Origin: a virus
Taxonomy: Duplodnaviria > Caudoviricetes
Strand: one strand, 5' to 3'
DNA: 64,000 nucleotides
Virus record (IMG/VR): IMGVR_UViG_3300033068_000427
Span: 1-64,000 of that record
Part shown: positions 16,866-24,819 of the stretch, one piece after another
Layout of the letters: every line of letters starts with the position of its first letter
Position numbering within the stretch: position 1 is the first letter of the stretch
The notes under the pieces: model-generated
What the model was told of the DNA's origin: nothing
The model's input: only the letters and a program-made list of their open reading frames with translations
Databases searched by the model: none
Made by a program: the position numbers and the translations under genes

Positions 16866-17996
16866 GTGAAACTACCAAGACAAGTTGAATGGATTACCAT
16901 CAAAGAAAAAGCCCACACAGATGGTCATCATTTATTTTACCTATGTGAATGCGAATGCGGTAAAGAGTTTAAATCCAGATTAGATGCTATACCAAAGATT
17001 CTGAAAGGCGGAACCAAAAACTTTAGCTGCATTGAATGCTTCTCTAGGCACGTAGATGCACCGGCTGGGGAGTGGGGCTGGGTGGATGGATACAAAGGTA
17101 AGTATGCTGTGTATACAGATGGTAGGGTGTGGTCAGCAAGGTATAATAAATTCTTAAAGGCATCCACAAATTGCACAGATGGCTCACCGACAGTTAAACT
17201 TGGTGGTGATGGACCTTATGTATCAGTTCATAGGCTAGTGGCTGAAAGATTTATACCTAACATAGACCCCAAAGACAAGCCGTTTGTTAAGTTCAAAGAT
17301 GGTGATAAGTTTAACCCACATGTCAGTAATCTTGAGTGGACTGGTCGTGAGACTGCGAAACTTGAAGGTAGGGTATTCAACAGATTAGAGGTTCTGGAGT
17401 GGGCTAGGGCAGAGAATTCAAAGTTTTATTGGCTGTGCCGATGTGTTTGTGGTAACACTGTTAGTGTATCTACTACTGAGTTGGAGACAGGGCATACTAA
17501 AAGTTGCGGATGTCTTGCTAGAGAGATGACAGCAGAAAGAAACAGAAATAAAGACACTCATAAAATGTCAACAACACCAGAGTACAGGGTTTGGTATGGC
17601 ATGAAAAATAGATGTGAAAATGAAGATGCAATTGGTTACGAGAGTTACGGTGGTAGAGGCATATCCGTAGCACCTAGGTGGTCAGCTTCCTTTGAAGAGT
17701 TTCTAAAGGATATGGGTCATAGGCCATCTGATAAGCACACTATTGAAAGGGTTGATGTGAATAAAGGATATTGTCCAGAAAACTGCATTTGGACACATGA
17801 TCGAAGTCTTCAAGCATTTAACCAAAGAAAACGCAGGACGAATACTAGCGGACGAACTGGCGTATATGAGTATAAAGCTGGGAAATGGGAAGTTATGATC
17901 TGTGGCAAAAGAATCTTTAGGACAGAAGATTTTGATCTGGCTTGTTTTGTTAGGGAAGAGGCTGAATTGTCTAAGTATGGTTTCTCAAAGGAGTGA
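16866..17996 (+). CDS. Free-standing homing endonuclease with NUMOD4-HNH-like plus second HNH/AP2 module
   Basis: YAVYTDGRVWS...VHRLVA...DGDKFNPHVSNLEW, then WYGMKNRC...YGGRGI...TIERVDVNKGYCPENCIW. Confidence 0.85.
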   Translation: MKLPRQVEWITIKEKAHTDGHHLFYLCECECGKEFKSRLDAIPKILKGGTKNFSCIECFSRHVDAPAGEWGWVDGYKGKYAVYTDGRVWSARYNKFLKASTNCTDGSPTVKLGGDGPYVSVHRLVAERFIPNIDPKDKPFVKFKDGDKFNPHVSNLEWTGRETAKLEGRVFNRLEVLEWARAENSKFYWLCRCVCGNTVSVSTTELETGHTKSCGCLAREMTAERNRNKDTHKMSTTPEYRVWYGMKNRCENEDAIGYESYGGRGISVAPRWSASFEEFLKDMGHRPSDKHTIERVDVNKGYCPENCIWTHDRSLQAFNQRKRRTNTSGRTGVYEYKAGKWEVMICGKRIFRTEDFDLACFVREEAELSKYGFSKE

Positions 17997-18000
17997 TAAA

Positions 18001-18285
18001 TTGAAAGAACTCAAAACTACAGTGGTTGACTATCAATCCTATACTGATATTGGTTTTGTGCCACCTGCCAGCTTCTTTGTAATGGCGTTTGACCAGAATG
18101 GCAATCAAGCGTATTATTTTATCCATACAAGTAGCAGAGCAATCGCACAGCAATGGTGTGATGAGTCTTTCGGTAAAGGTAGGTACTTAGTTAAAGCTTC
18201 CAAGATCACTAAAACCAAGAGTAAGCTTGAAAGTGGTGGACTGAGCTGTCATGGGGTTTCTACAAGACGCGGGCAGAAGCGATGA
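18001..18285 (+). CDS. Conserved phage hypothetical protein (intact copy)
   Basis: TTG start after AAGGAG overlapping the HNH stop; 94 aa. Confidence 0.75.
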   Translation: MKELKTTVVDYQSYTDIGFVPPASFFVMAFDQNGNQAYYFIHTSSRAIAQQWCDESFGKGRYLVKASKITKTKSKLESGGLSCHGVSTRRGQKR

Positions 18286-18479
18286 CACGCTCTCTTATCG
18301 GCAGATTCTGTAAAGTTATTGAGGATGATTGGTGGGACTGTTTTGATACAAGTATGATCTTGGAAGTGGCGACAGAGGATGAACATTACATCAGCTTTGC
18401 TGGGTTTGAGGATGCCAAAGTAGCCAAAGCATTTCTTGCAGAAGATTTTGTTGAGATTATTGAATTTGAGAGGGTTTAA
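18282..18479 (+). CDS. Hypothetical protein
   Basis: Translationally coupled ORF. Confidence 0.6.
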   Translation: MTRSLIGRFCKVIEDDWWDCFDTSMILEVATEDEHYISFAGFEDAKVAKAFLAEDFVEIIEFERV

Positions 18480-18673
18480 TGAAGATTAAAATCACAACCC
18501 TTGCCGAATACACAATGGCGTTGTGCAACGAGAATGTGAAGTTTGTTGTGTACCCAGCAATCTGCGATGTCACTTGGCAGCTTGGGAAATATGTGCGAAT
18601 ATACCCTCACTGTAAAAGTACAGAAGATAAATTTTATGAAGTTTGTGGCACTGTGATTCTTAACGGAGAATAA
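18479..18673 (+). CDS. Hypothetical protein
   Basis: Translationally coupled ORF. Confidence 0.6.
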   Translation: MKIKITTLAEYTMALCNENVKFVVYPAICDVTWQLGKYVRIYPHCKSTEDKFYEVCGTVILNGE

Positions 18674-18674
18674 A

Positions 18675-18908
18675 GTGAATTACAATCAACGAGACACCCT
18701 AAACACAATGGTCTATCAAGATGGTATGGATGCTCTTGAAGCAATTATGCACCTACTTCCTGCTGCAACTGTAGCAATCAGCGCACAATACGATAAGACC
18801 GAAGAACACAGCGTGTACGCATCCAAGCTGAAAGAAGCAAAGCAACTTCTTATGGATGCTTACATTATCCGAGAAGCGATCAAAGAGTCTCAGAAAGCAA
18901 TTGCTTGA
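18675..18908 (+). CDS. Hypothetical protein
   Basis: Coupled ORF, helical. Confidence 0.6.
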   Translation: MNYNQRDTLNTMVYQDGMDALEAIMHLLPAATVAISAQYDKTEEHSVYASKLKEAKQLLMDAYIIREAIKESQKAIA

Positions 18909-18917
18909 GGAAGTGAA

Positions 18918-19490
18918 GTGAAAGAGCGTTGGTTGAAAGAGTTTATCCGTACAGCGATTGCTCGCTCAAAGATGAGCAGGGATGCAAACACTAAGGTTGG
19001 GGCAATTCTCTTTGACGAAGAAGATTGTGTTGAAATCAGTACGGGGTACAACTGCCTTGCTCGTGGAGTGGAACACAAACCTGAGCGTAATGAGCGTCCG
19101 CTGAAATACTTTTACACTAGCCACGCAGAACAATCTGCTGTCGCGTCTGCTGCGCGTCTAGGGCGTAGTACGAAGGGATGTAGCGCTCTGATTACAATGT
19201 TTCCTTGTCCGATCTGCGCAGCTCTTCTAATCAATGCTGGTGTTAAGAAGATTTATACGGTGGCTCCAGATTGGGATCACTACAAGTATGGTGAAGAGTT
19301 TGTTCACAGTGAAGCCCAGTTTAAAGATGCTGGTGTGCAGATTGAATACATCAATCAGTATATGAAGCTTTCTGAGCTTGAAGTGGAGATTGGTAAGCTC
19401 AAGAGTATGGACAACAGTGAGCTGAATAAGCTAAGCTTCGCGTGTTACGTTGAACAGAACGAACGTCTTGCAGAGGAGAAAGATCAATGA
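18918..19490 (+). CDS. dCMP deaminase
   Basis: TKVGAIL, GYN, HAEQ, FPCPICA zinc motifs. Confidence 0.9.
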   Translation: MKERWLKEFIRTAIARSKMSRDANTKVGAILFDEEDCVEISTGYNCLARGVEHKPERNERPLKYFYTSHAEQSAVASAARLGRSTKGCSALITMFPCPICAALLINAGVKKIYTVAPDWDHYKYGEEFVHSEAQFKDAGVQIEYINQYMKLSELEVEIGKLKSMDNSELNKLSFACYVEQNERLAEEKDQ

Positions 19491-19933
19491 ATAACGCACA
19501 ACCAATTGAAACTCCAAAATGCACATTTGATCTGCAGATGACTAGCCTCTGCAATTTTATGAAAGTGCTTGGGTACAGCATTATCCGTCAGTACAATGGT
19601 GGTGTCTTCTTTGAGAATCCAGATAATCGGCACCAACCAATTGTAAGCTTCCTCTCTGCTGTAGAGATGCACAACGGACAGATCACTAAGAGTCCTTGGT
19701 ACACTGTTGGTTACAATGCCGGGGCTTCAGAGGCTTGGTGGAGCAGCCTTGCTAGCCAAGCTCGTGTAGAGGCTGATCCTATGAGTATTTTTGTTGCATA
19801 CAAGAGTAAAGTAGTGGATCGAGTTAAACTTCAACTGAACAAGAAAACTGGTGTTGTAAAAGCTCAATCTAACGTGATTAAATGGGCATCCCCTGCCGCT
19901 GAAGCCACTTTTTCCAGAGCAATTTATAGCTAG
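19487..19933 (+). CDS. Hypothetical protein
   Basis: 148-aa coupled ORF. Confidence 0.65.
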   Translation: MNNAQPIETPKCTFDLQMTSLCNFMKVLGYSIIRQYNGGVFFENPDNRHQPIVSFLSAVEMHNGQITKSPWYTVGYNAGASEAWWSSLASQARVEADPMSIFVAYKSKVVDRVKLQLNKKTGVVKAQSNVIKWASPAAEATFSRAIYS

Positions 19934-19945
19934 TTGGTGCGTCAT

Positions 19946-20608
19946 ATGAAGAAAGAGAAGAATCCGATAGCCGTTGGAACTAGGATAGGCAGGTTGGTGG
20001 TTATAGGTGACTCAATCCCCTCAGAAAAACCTAATCGCAGGTATCCTGTTTTATGCGATTGTGGGGTAGAAACTACAATACTCAAATATAGTTTAACGGG
20101 GTCTAAGCCTACATTGTCGTGCGGGTGCTTACAAAGAGAGGCTATAGGTAATATTGCTAGGACGCACGGAATGAGTGACTCCAGAGAATATTCCGCATGG
20201 GAGAACATGCTTACACGGTGTAATAACCAAAATTCAGAGAATTATGCGGACTACGGGCAAAGAGGTATCGTTGTTTGTGAGGAGTGGAAAGACTTCAATG
20301 TATTCTTTGCAGATATGGGGAGCTGCCCTATAAATTATGAATTGGACAGAGTTAATGTAAATGGGAACTATAATAAAGAGAACTGCCGGTGGGTAAATAG
20401 TCAACTACAGAGTTGGAATAAAAGGCTTTATAAGAATAATAAAAGCGGTAAGAGTGGTGTGACATGGAACAATAAACTGACCGCATGGGAGTGCCGCATA
20501 TCTAAAGGTGGGCGTGTATATTATCTGGGCAGGTTTTATAGCCTAGACTTAGCGATTAAACGAAGGGAAGAGGCAGAAGTAGAACTTTACGGTAGTATTA
20601 AAAACTGA
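19946..20608 (+). CDS. Free-standing HNH-AP2 homing endonuclease
   Basis: CDCG...SCGC, AWENMLTRC, YGQRGI, LDRVNVNGNYNKENCRW, GVTW...YLGRF. Confidence 0.88.
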   Translation: MKKEKNPIAVGTRIGRLVVIGDSIPSEKPNRRYPVLCDCGVETTILKYSLTGSKPTLSCGCLQREAIGNIARTHGMSDSREYSAWENMLTRCNNQNSENYADYGQRGIVVCEEWKDFNVFFADMGSCPINYELDRVNVNGNYNKENCRWVNSQLQSWNKRLYKNNKSGKSGVTWNNKLTAWECRISKGGRVYYLGRFYSLDLAIKRREEAEVELYGSIKN

Positions 20609-20628
20609 CCAGATAAAGGAGATTTATA

Positions 20629-21717
20629 GTGAATAAGCGTACTCTATTTGGACTTGACAAGAAAGGAGGATTTAAACAGTGGTCAGTTTGGACTGAAGGG
20701 AACACTCTATTCGTAGAGCACGGAAAATTAGGCGGAAAGCTTCAGTTAAAAACAGAGGTTATTGAAGGAAAGAACAAATGTCGTTCAAACGAGACTTCTG
20801 GCGAACAGCAGGCTTTCTTGGAAGCACAGAGTCGTCTGAGTAAGCAGCTTGATAAAGGGTATAGAGAAAATAAGGAAGACCTCACAGAGCTACCCCTTCT
20901 TCCAATGTTGTGCAGTGATTACCTGAAACAAGGCCATAAGATTAAGTACCCTTGTTATGGCTCACCTAAGTTAGATGGTTGCCGCTGTCTTGCAATTAGG
21001 CACAAAGGCCGTATTGAACTGAAGAGTCGTGGTGGGAAAGAATACTCCATTCCTCACATTCAACAACAACTTATGTCTGTGATGGAAGTTGGTGACATTT
21101 GGGACGGGGAGCTTTACATCCACGGGAAGTATCTTGAAGAAATTATGTCTGCTGTAAAGAAAGCTAACGAAGATACACCAAAACTTCAGTATGTGATCTT
21201 TGATATTGTTAATGATGAACCTTACTCAGATCGTGCCATTGAGTTGATGAGAATTCGTCGTCACGTACTTGATTTCAAAGGCGATGTTAGTGTACTTCAG
21301 TTTGCAGAGATTTATGATGAAGATCATATGAAAGAAGTACACAAGCTTTACGTTGAATATGGTTATGAGGGTATTTGCCTTCGCAATTATGACGGCAAAT
21401 ATGAAGCTGGTAAACGAAGCACATCACTTCAAAAGTATAAAGAATTTATGGATGTAGAATGCAAGATTATTGGTGTAAACGAAGATCGTAATGGAAACGC
21501 AGTATTCACTGTCTATGATAAAGTAGCAGATGCACAGTTCACTGTAACTTATGGTGATTTTGAACAACGCAAGTACCAGCTTGCACACCCTGAAGATTTT
21601 ATTGGTAAATGGTTGACGGTTAAGTTTCAAACCCGTTATAAGGACAGTAAACTGCCCCAGTTTCCGTGTGGCCTTGCTATCAGAGATTGTGATGAAGAAG
21701 GAAATCCTTTGACCTAA
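20629..21717 (+). CDS. lig: ATP-dependent DNA ligase
   Basis: PKLDGCR (motif I), WDGELY, YVIFDI, GYEGICLR, LQKYKEF, PQFP. Confidence 0.93.
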   Translation: MNKRTLFGLDKKGGFKQWSVWTEGNTLFVEHGKLGGKLQLKTEVIEGKNKCRSNETSGEQQAFLEAQSRLSKQLDKGYRENKEDLTELPLLPMLCSDYLKQGHKIKYPCYGSPKLDGCRCLAIRHKGRIELKSRGGKEYSIPHIQQQLMSVMEVGDIWDGELYIHGKYLEEIMSAVKKANEDTPKLQYVIFDIVNDEPYSDRAIELMRIRRHVLDFKGDVSVLQFAEIYDEDHMKEVHKLYVEYGYEGICLRNYDGKYEAGKRSTSLQKYKEFMDVECKIIGVNEDRNGNAVFTVYDKVADAQFTVTYGDFEQRKYQLAHPEDFIGKWLTVKFQTRYKDSKLPQFPCGLAIRDCDEEGNPLT

Positions 21718-21720
21718 AAC

Positions 21721-21749
21721 TTGACTCATCAACAACCCCTTGTTATCAT
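21721..21749 (+). promoter_or_regulatory. Sigma70-like promoter
   Basis: TTGACT-N17-TATCAT. Confidence 0.6.
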
Positions 21750-21765
21750 AGCCCTCACCTAACCA

Positions 21766-22344
21766 GTGAGGGCTTTTATTTTGCCTATCAAAAATACAAC
21801 AACACTCCTCCTTGGTCTTGTCATCGGAGCCATCTCTGCTGATACACTACTATCCCCAAGCGGGGTTACAGTTACAGCAGCACCAAGACAATACACACAA
21901 CCCACTACAGAACACGATAGTATCGTTCCAGTCGAGGAACGCATAGCTTCATGTAAACGATGGTACAGTTGTAAACAACTCGCTCACGCTATCGTATACG
22001 AAGCTAGAGGAGAATCCCTTCTAGGACAGGCTGCTGTTGCACACGTCATCCTCAACAGGTCACAACACCCTGACTTCCCAGACAGCATCCCGTCTGTAAT
22101 CAAACAACCCAAGCAATTCTCTTTCTATGGGTATGAGTGGAAGCAGAAAGCACCACGGAAACAAGATTTGGACAATGCCTACTCAATTTCATATGATGTA
22201 TTGACAGGGACAATTGAAGACGTTACCCGTGGCAGCACATTCTACGCAACTGTAGGGACAAGTCCCAAGAGACTTGGAGATGTAGAATACGTTATGACGA
22301 TTGACAAACACAAATTCTATACAGCGAGAAATTCAAATGACTGA
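21766..22344 (+). CDS. SleB-like cell wall hydrolase (Hydrolase_2)
   Basis: N-terminal hydrophobic segment; AIVYEARGES...AVAHVILNR...SVIKQPKQFS...HKFY. Confidence 0.88.
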   Translation: MRAFILPIKNTTTLLLGLVIGAISADTLLSPSGVTVTAAPRQYTQPTTEHDSIVPVEERIASCKRWYSCKQLAHAIVYEARGESLLGQAAVAHVILNRSQHPDFPDSIPSVIKQPKQFSFYGYEWKQKAPRKQDLDNAYSISYDVLTGTIEDVTRGSTFYATVGTSPKRLGDVEYVMTIDKHKFYTARNSND

Positions 22345-22714
22345 CGATATTGTCAAAATTGGTAGTAAGTGTTACATCGTCTTTGCTAACGGTGGTCAAT
22401 GGGAAGATTCTTGGAGCAACCCAATAAAAGCTTTCAGAACAGAGGAAGAAGCTGCTAGGTATAAGGCGTTTCTTGAGAAGAACACCCCTGAATACTCTGA
22501 GCATCTACATAAGTTAATGTGCCGCCTAGAGGATATTTCTTACAGAGCTGCAATAAAATTTGCAGATGAAAGTAGTGAAGATTTTTATCAAATATACAAC
22601 ACAATCTATGAGTCTTTGAGGCAAAAGGCGGAATTAAAATATGCTGGGTGCACAGCGTGGAAGGATGAGTGTGATTGCTTTTACACGATCAGTGCTGTAG
22701 ATATGGGTGACTAA
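22337..22714 (+). CDS. Hypothetical protein
   Basis: Probable start MTDD overlapping the previous stop. Confidence 0.6.
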   Translation: MTDDIVKIGSKCYIVFANGGQWEDSWSNPIKAFRTEEEAARYKAFLEKNTPEYSEHLHKLMCRLEDISYRAAIKFADESSEDFYQIYNTIYESLRQKAELKYAGCTAWKDECDCFYTISAVDMGD

Positions 22715-22983
22715 TGAGCTTGGTAACTGAGAGGGATAGTTGGAGGAAGTCTATCAGAGACTGCGGGATAGATGGTCTGTCTAGAGTGATGCGAGACTAT
22801 AGGTTAAAACGTAACAGCGAAAATTGGAGAATTTCTTCGGCAGTTGAGATATTGTGTGAACACATCTTGATCTTGGAGGAAGAAAACGAACGGTTGCAGA
22901 AAGAGCTGTCACTTCTTCTGCTTAGCCAAATCACAGAAAACGATCAGAAACTAGGACTCTACGAAGGGACACTTCACGAATGA
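22714..22983 (+). CDS. Hypothetical protein
   Basis: Coupled ORF. Confidence 0.6.
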   Translation: MSLVTERDSWRKSIRDCGIDGLSRVMRDYRLKRNSENWRISSAVEILCEHILILEEENERLQKELSLLLLSQITENDQKLGLYEGTLHE

Positions 22984-23174
22984 ACACCAACCACCTTACA
23001 GCAGAAGAAATTACCAACTACATCCTGAACGGGACTATTGAAAAGCTTGAAGGGAAAGAGCTTACACGTTACGTCAATTCTCTAGTCTCCGATATTGAGA
23101 AACACATTAATGAGGCGTATGAAGATGGTTACGAAACAGCCCGAGATGAATTTACTTGCGAGTGTGATTGCTAA
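22980..23174 (+). CDS. Hypothetical protein
   Basis: Coupled ORF. Confidence 0.6.
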   Translation: MNTNHLTAEEITNYILNGTIEKLEGKELTRYVNSLVSDIEKHINEAYEDGYETARDEFTCECDC

Positions 23175-23339
23175 AGGTGTTGCTACGCTATCAAAGTTAT
23201 TAGTATTTTAAGGCTTAAATCGACGATCTACAGCCACCCTAGGCGATGGGGTGGCTTCTTATCAAATCGAGCTATTTTCCTCTTAAAACATAATAACTTT
23301 AGCTGTTTCAATTGATGCTACACGGACAGGAACGACAAG

Positions 23340-23699
23340 ATGCGCGTATTCACAGAAGAAGAACGTAAAGCAGGCCAAGAAAAGCGTAAGAAGAAGATCG
23401 AAGAGTGGAAAGCTTACGCTGAAGAACACCACGAAGATTTTGGTGATGATATGAAGTGGTGGGAGGCTGCTGCTCGTGAGATTGGATTTAGGCTCCCTCC
23501 TGATTACGTTCCAAACACAGAGACAAAATACTACAGGAAGTTTCTGAAGCACACAGGAAAGGATATTCAATGGTGGCGTGATGTCACTGGTTGTGCCACC
23601 ATTGAAGAGTATGTTAAGATGAATCCTACTTGGAGCTGCAGAGGCTTGATTGGCACTTTGCTCGAAGCGATTAAAGAGGAGAACAGCAATGCACGATAA
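23340..23699 (+). CDS. Hypothetical protein
   Basis: 119-aa ORF with phage-like codon use. Confidence 0.65.
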   Translation: MRVFTEEERKAGQEKRKKKIEEWKAYAEEHHEDFGDDMKWWEAAAREIGFRLPPDYVPNTETKYYRKFLKHTGKDIQWWRDVTGCATIEEYVKMNPTWSCRGLIGTLLEAIKEENSNAR

Positions 23700-24216
23700 A
23701 GATATCTGGAGCGAAGCACCAGAAGACGCCACCCACTACCTACCGGAACAACCTCACCTAGACTGGGTTGAATGCTGGTATAAGAAGATTGGTAATGACT
23801 GGTGGGTGCTTGACTGCGAATCAGCCCGTATTGGGTATATGGATTGGATGGTTGATGATGAATTTGTTGAAGTATTTGAACCCTTGCTCATTCGCCGCCC
23901 TATCCCTTTCATCCCAGAAGACGCTGTAGAAGTACGTTGTAACGGTTGGAGTGATTGGCAAATTGGCACACTCAAATACAAGAGTGATGAGTATGTGATT
24001 GTTCTACACGAAGATGGCGAGCAGATTTACGTTCCTTACCAATCGGGATTTGAAATGCGCGCCCCTATGAGTGAGGAAGATAAGCAACGTCAGAAAGTGA
24101 TTTCAGAAATGGAGAAGGTGCTGAATATCCATACAGACACCATCTCAGATGAGGACATTGAGTTGGTTTGTAAAGTGCTTTATGATGAGTGGTATTGCAA
24201 ACAGAATTGTGAGTAG
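23689..24216 (+). CDS. Hypothetical protein
   Basis: WSEAPEDATHY motif common in Pseudomonas phage ORFs; start MHDK after AGGAG. Confidence 0.65.
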   Translation: MHDKDIWSEAPEDATHYLPEQPHLDWVECWYKKIGNDWWVLDCESARIGYMDWMVDDEFVEVFEPLLIRRPIPFIPEDAVEVRCNGWSDWQIGTLKYKSDEYVIVLHEDGEQIYVPYQSGFEMRAPMSEEDKQRQKVISEMEKVLNIHTDTISDEDIELVCKVLYDEWYCKQNCE

Positions 24217-24218
24217 CT

Positions 24219-24437
24219 ATGACTCAGACATTTAGAGATTTCCTAGAACGTCTGACAGACGAGCAGAAAGAACAAATCATCAACGAAAGCATTAGGGTGC
24301 AAAATATGGCGTTTGATAAAACTGGTGAAGATGAGTCTGATTCCTTTTCAGAAGATTGGTTTGAGGACGACGAGCTTAATCACAAGATCGACAATATGCT
24401 TATGAACGGAGACTTGGGTGGAGATGTGATAGCGTAA
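24219..24437 (+). CDS. Acidic hypothetical protein
   Basis: 72-aa ORF. Confidence 0.6.
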   Translation: MTQTFRDFLERLTDEQKEQIINESIRVQNMAFDKTGEDESDSFSEDWFEDDELNHKIDNMLMNGDLGGDVIA

Positions 24438-24504
24438 CCCTTACCCCTAAGTACAACCGATCCTACACAGCCCTCTTGATTGAGGGCTTTCTTTTGGAGA
24501 CAGA

Positions 24505-24639
24505 ATGACGAACAAAGTAGAAGTCTTAGATGCAATTATGGGAAGTGGTAAGACACAAGGGGTGATTAAATGGATGATAGAAAACCCCTCAAATAAATAC
24601 TTGTATATCAGCCCTATGCTCACAGAAGTGGAGGAATAG
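24505..24639 (+). pseudogene. Remnant N-terminus of an SF2-like helicase/P-loop protein
   Basis: MTNKVEVLDAIMGSGKTQ...KYLYISPMLTEVEE*; Walker A then premature stop; RBS GGAG. Confidence 0.7.
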
Positions 24640-24819
24640 TTAAACAAATGCATATGAATTGATTGAAATGGGAGCTAAAGAGCGACGACATAGACCAACG
24701 ATCTGTGATATAATCTAACGACAAACAGAAGCTCCTTTGTCTGAGCTTTTTGATTTGTATTACGTCCAGCGGGTGTCCGCTTTACAAATGTAATTTCCTA
24801 CTAAATGAGGATCACTTAA

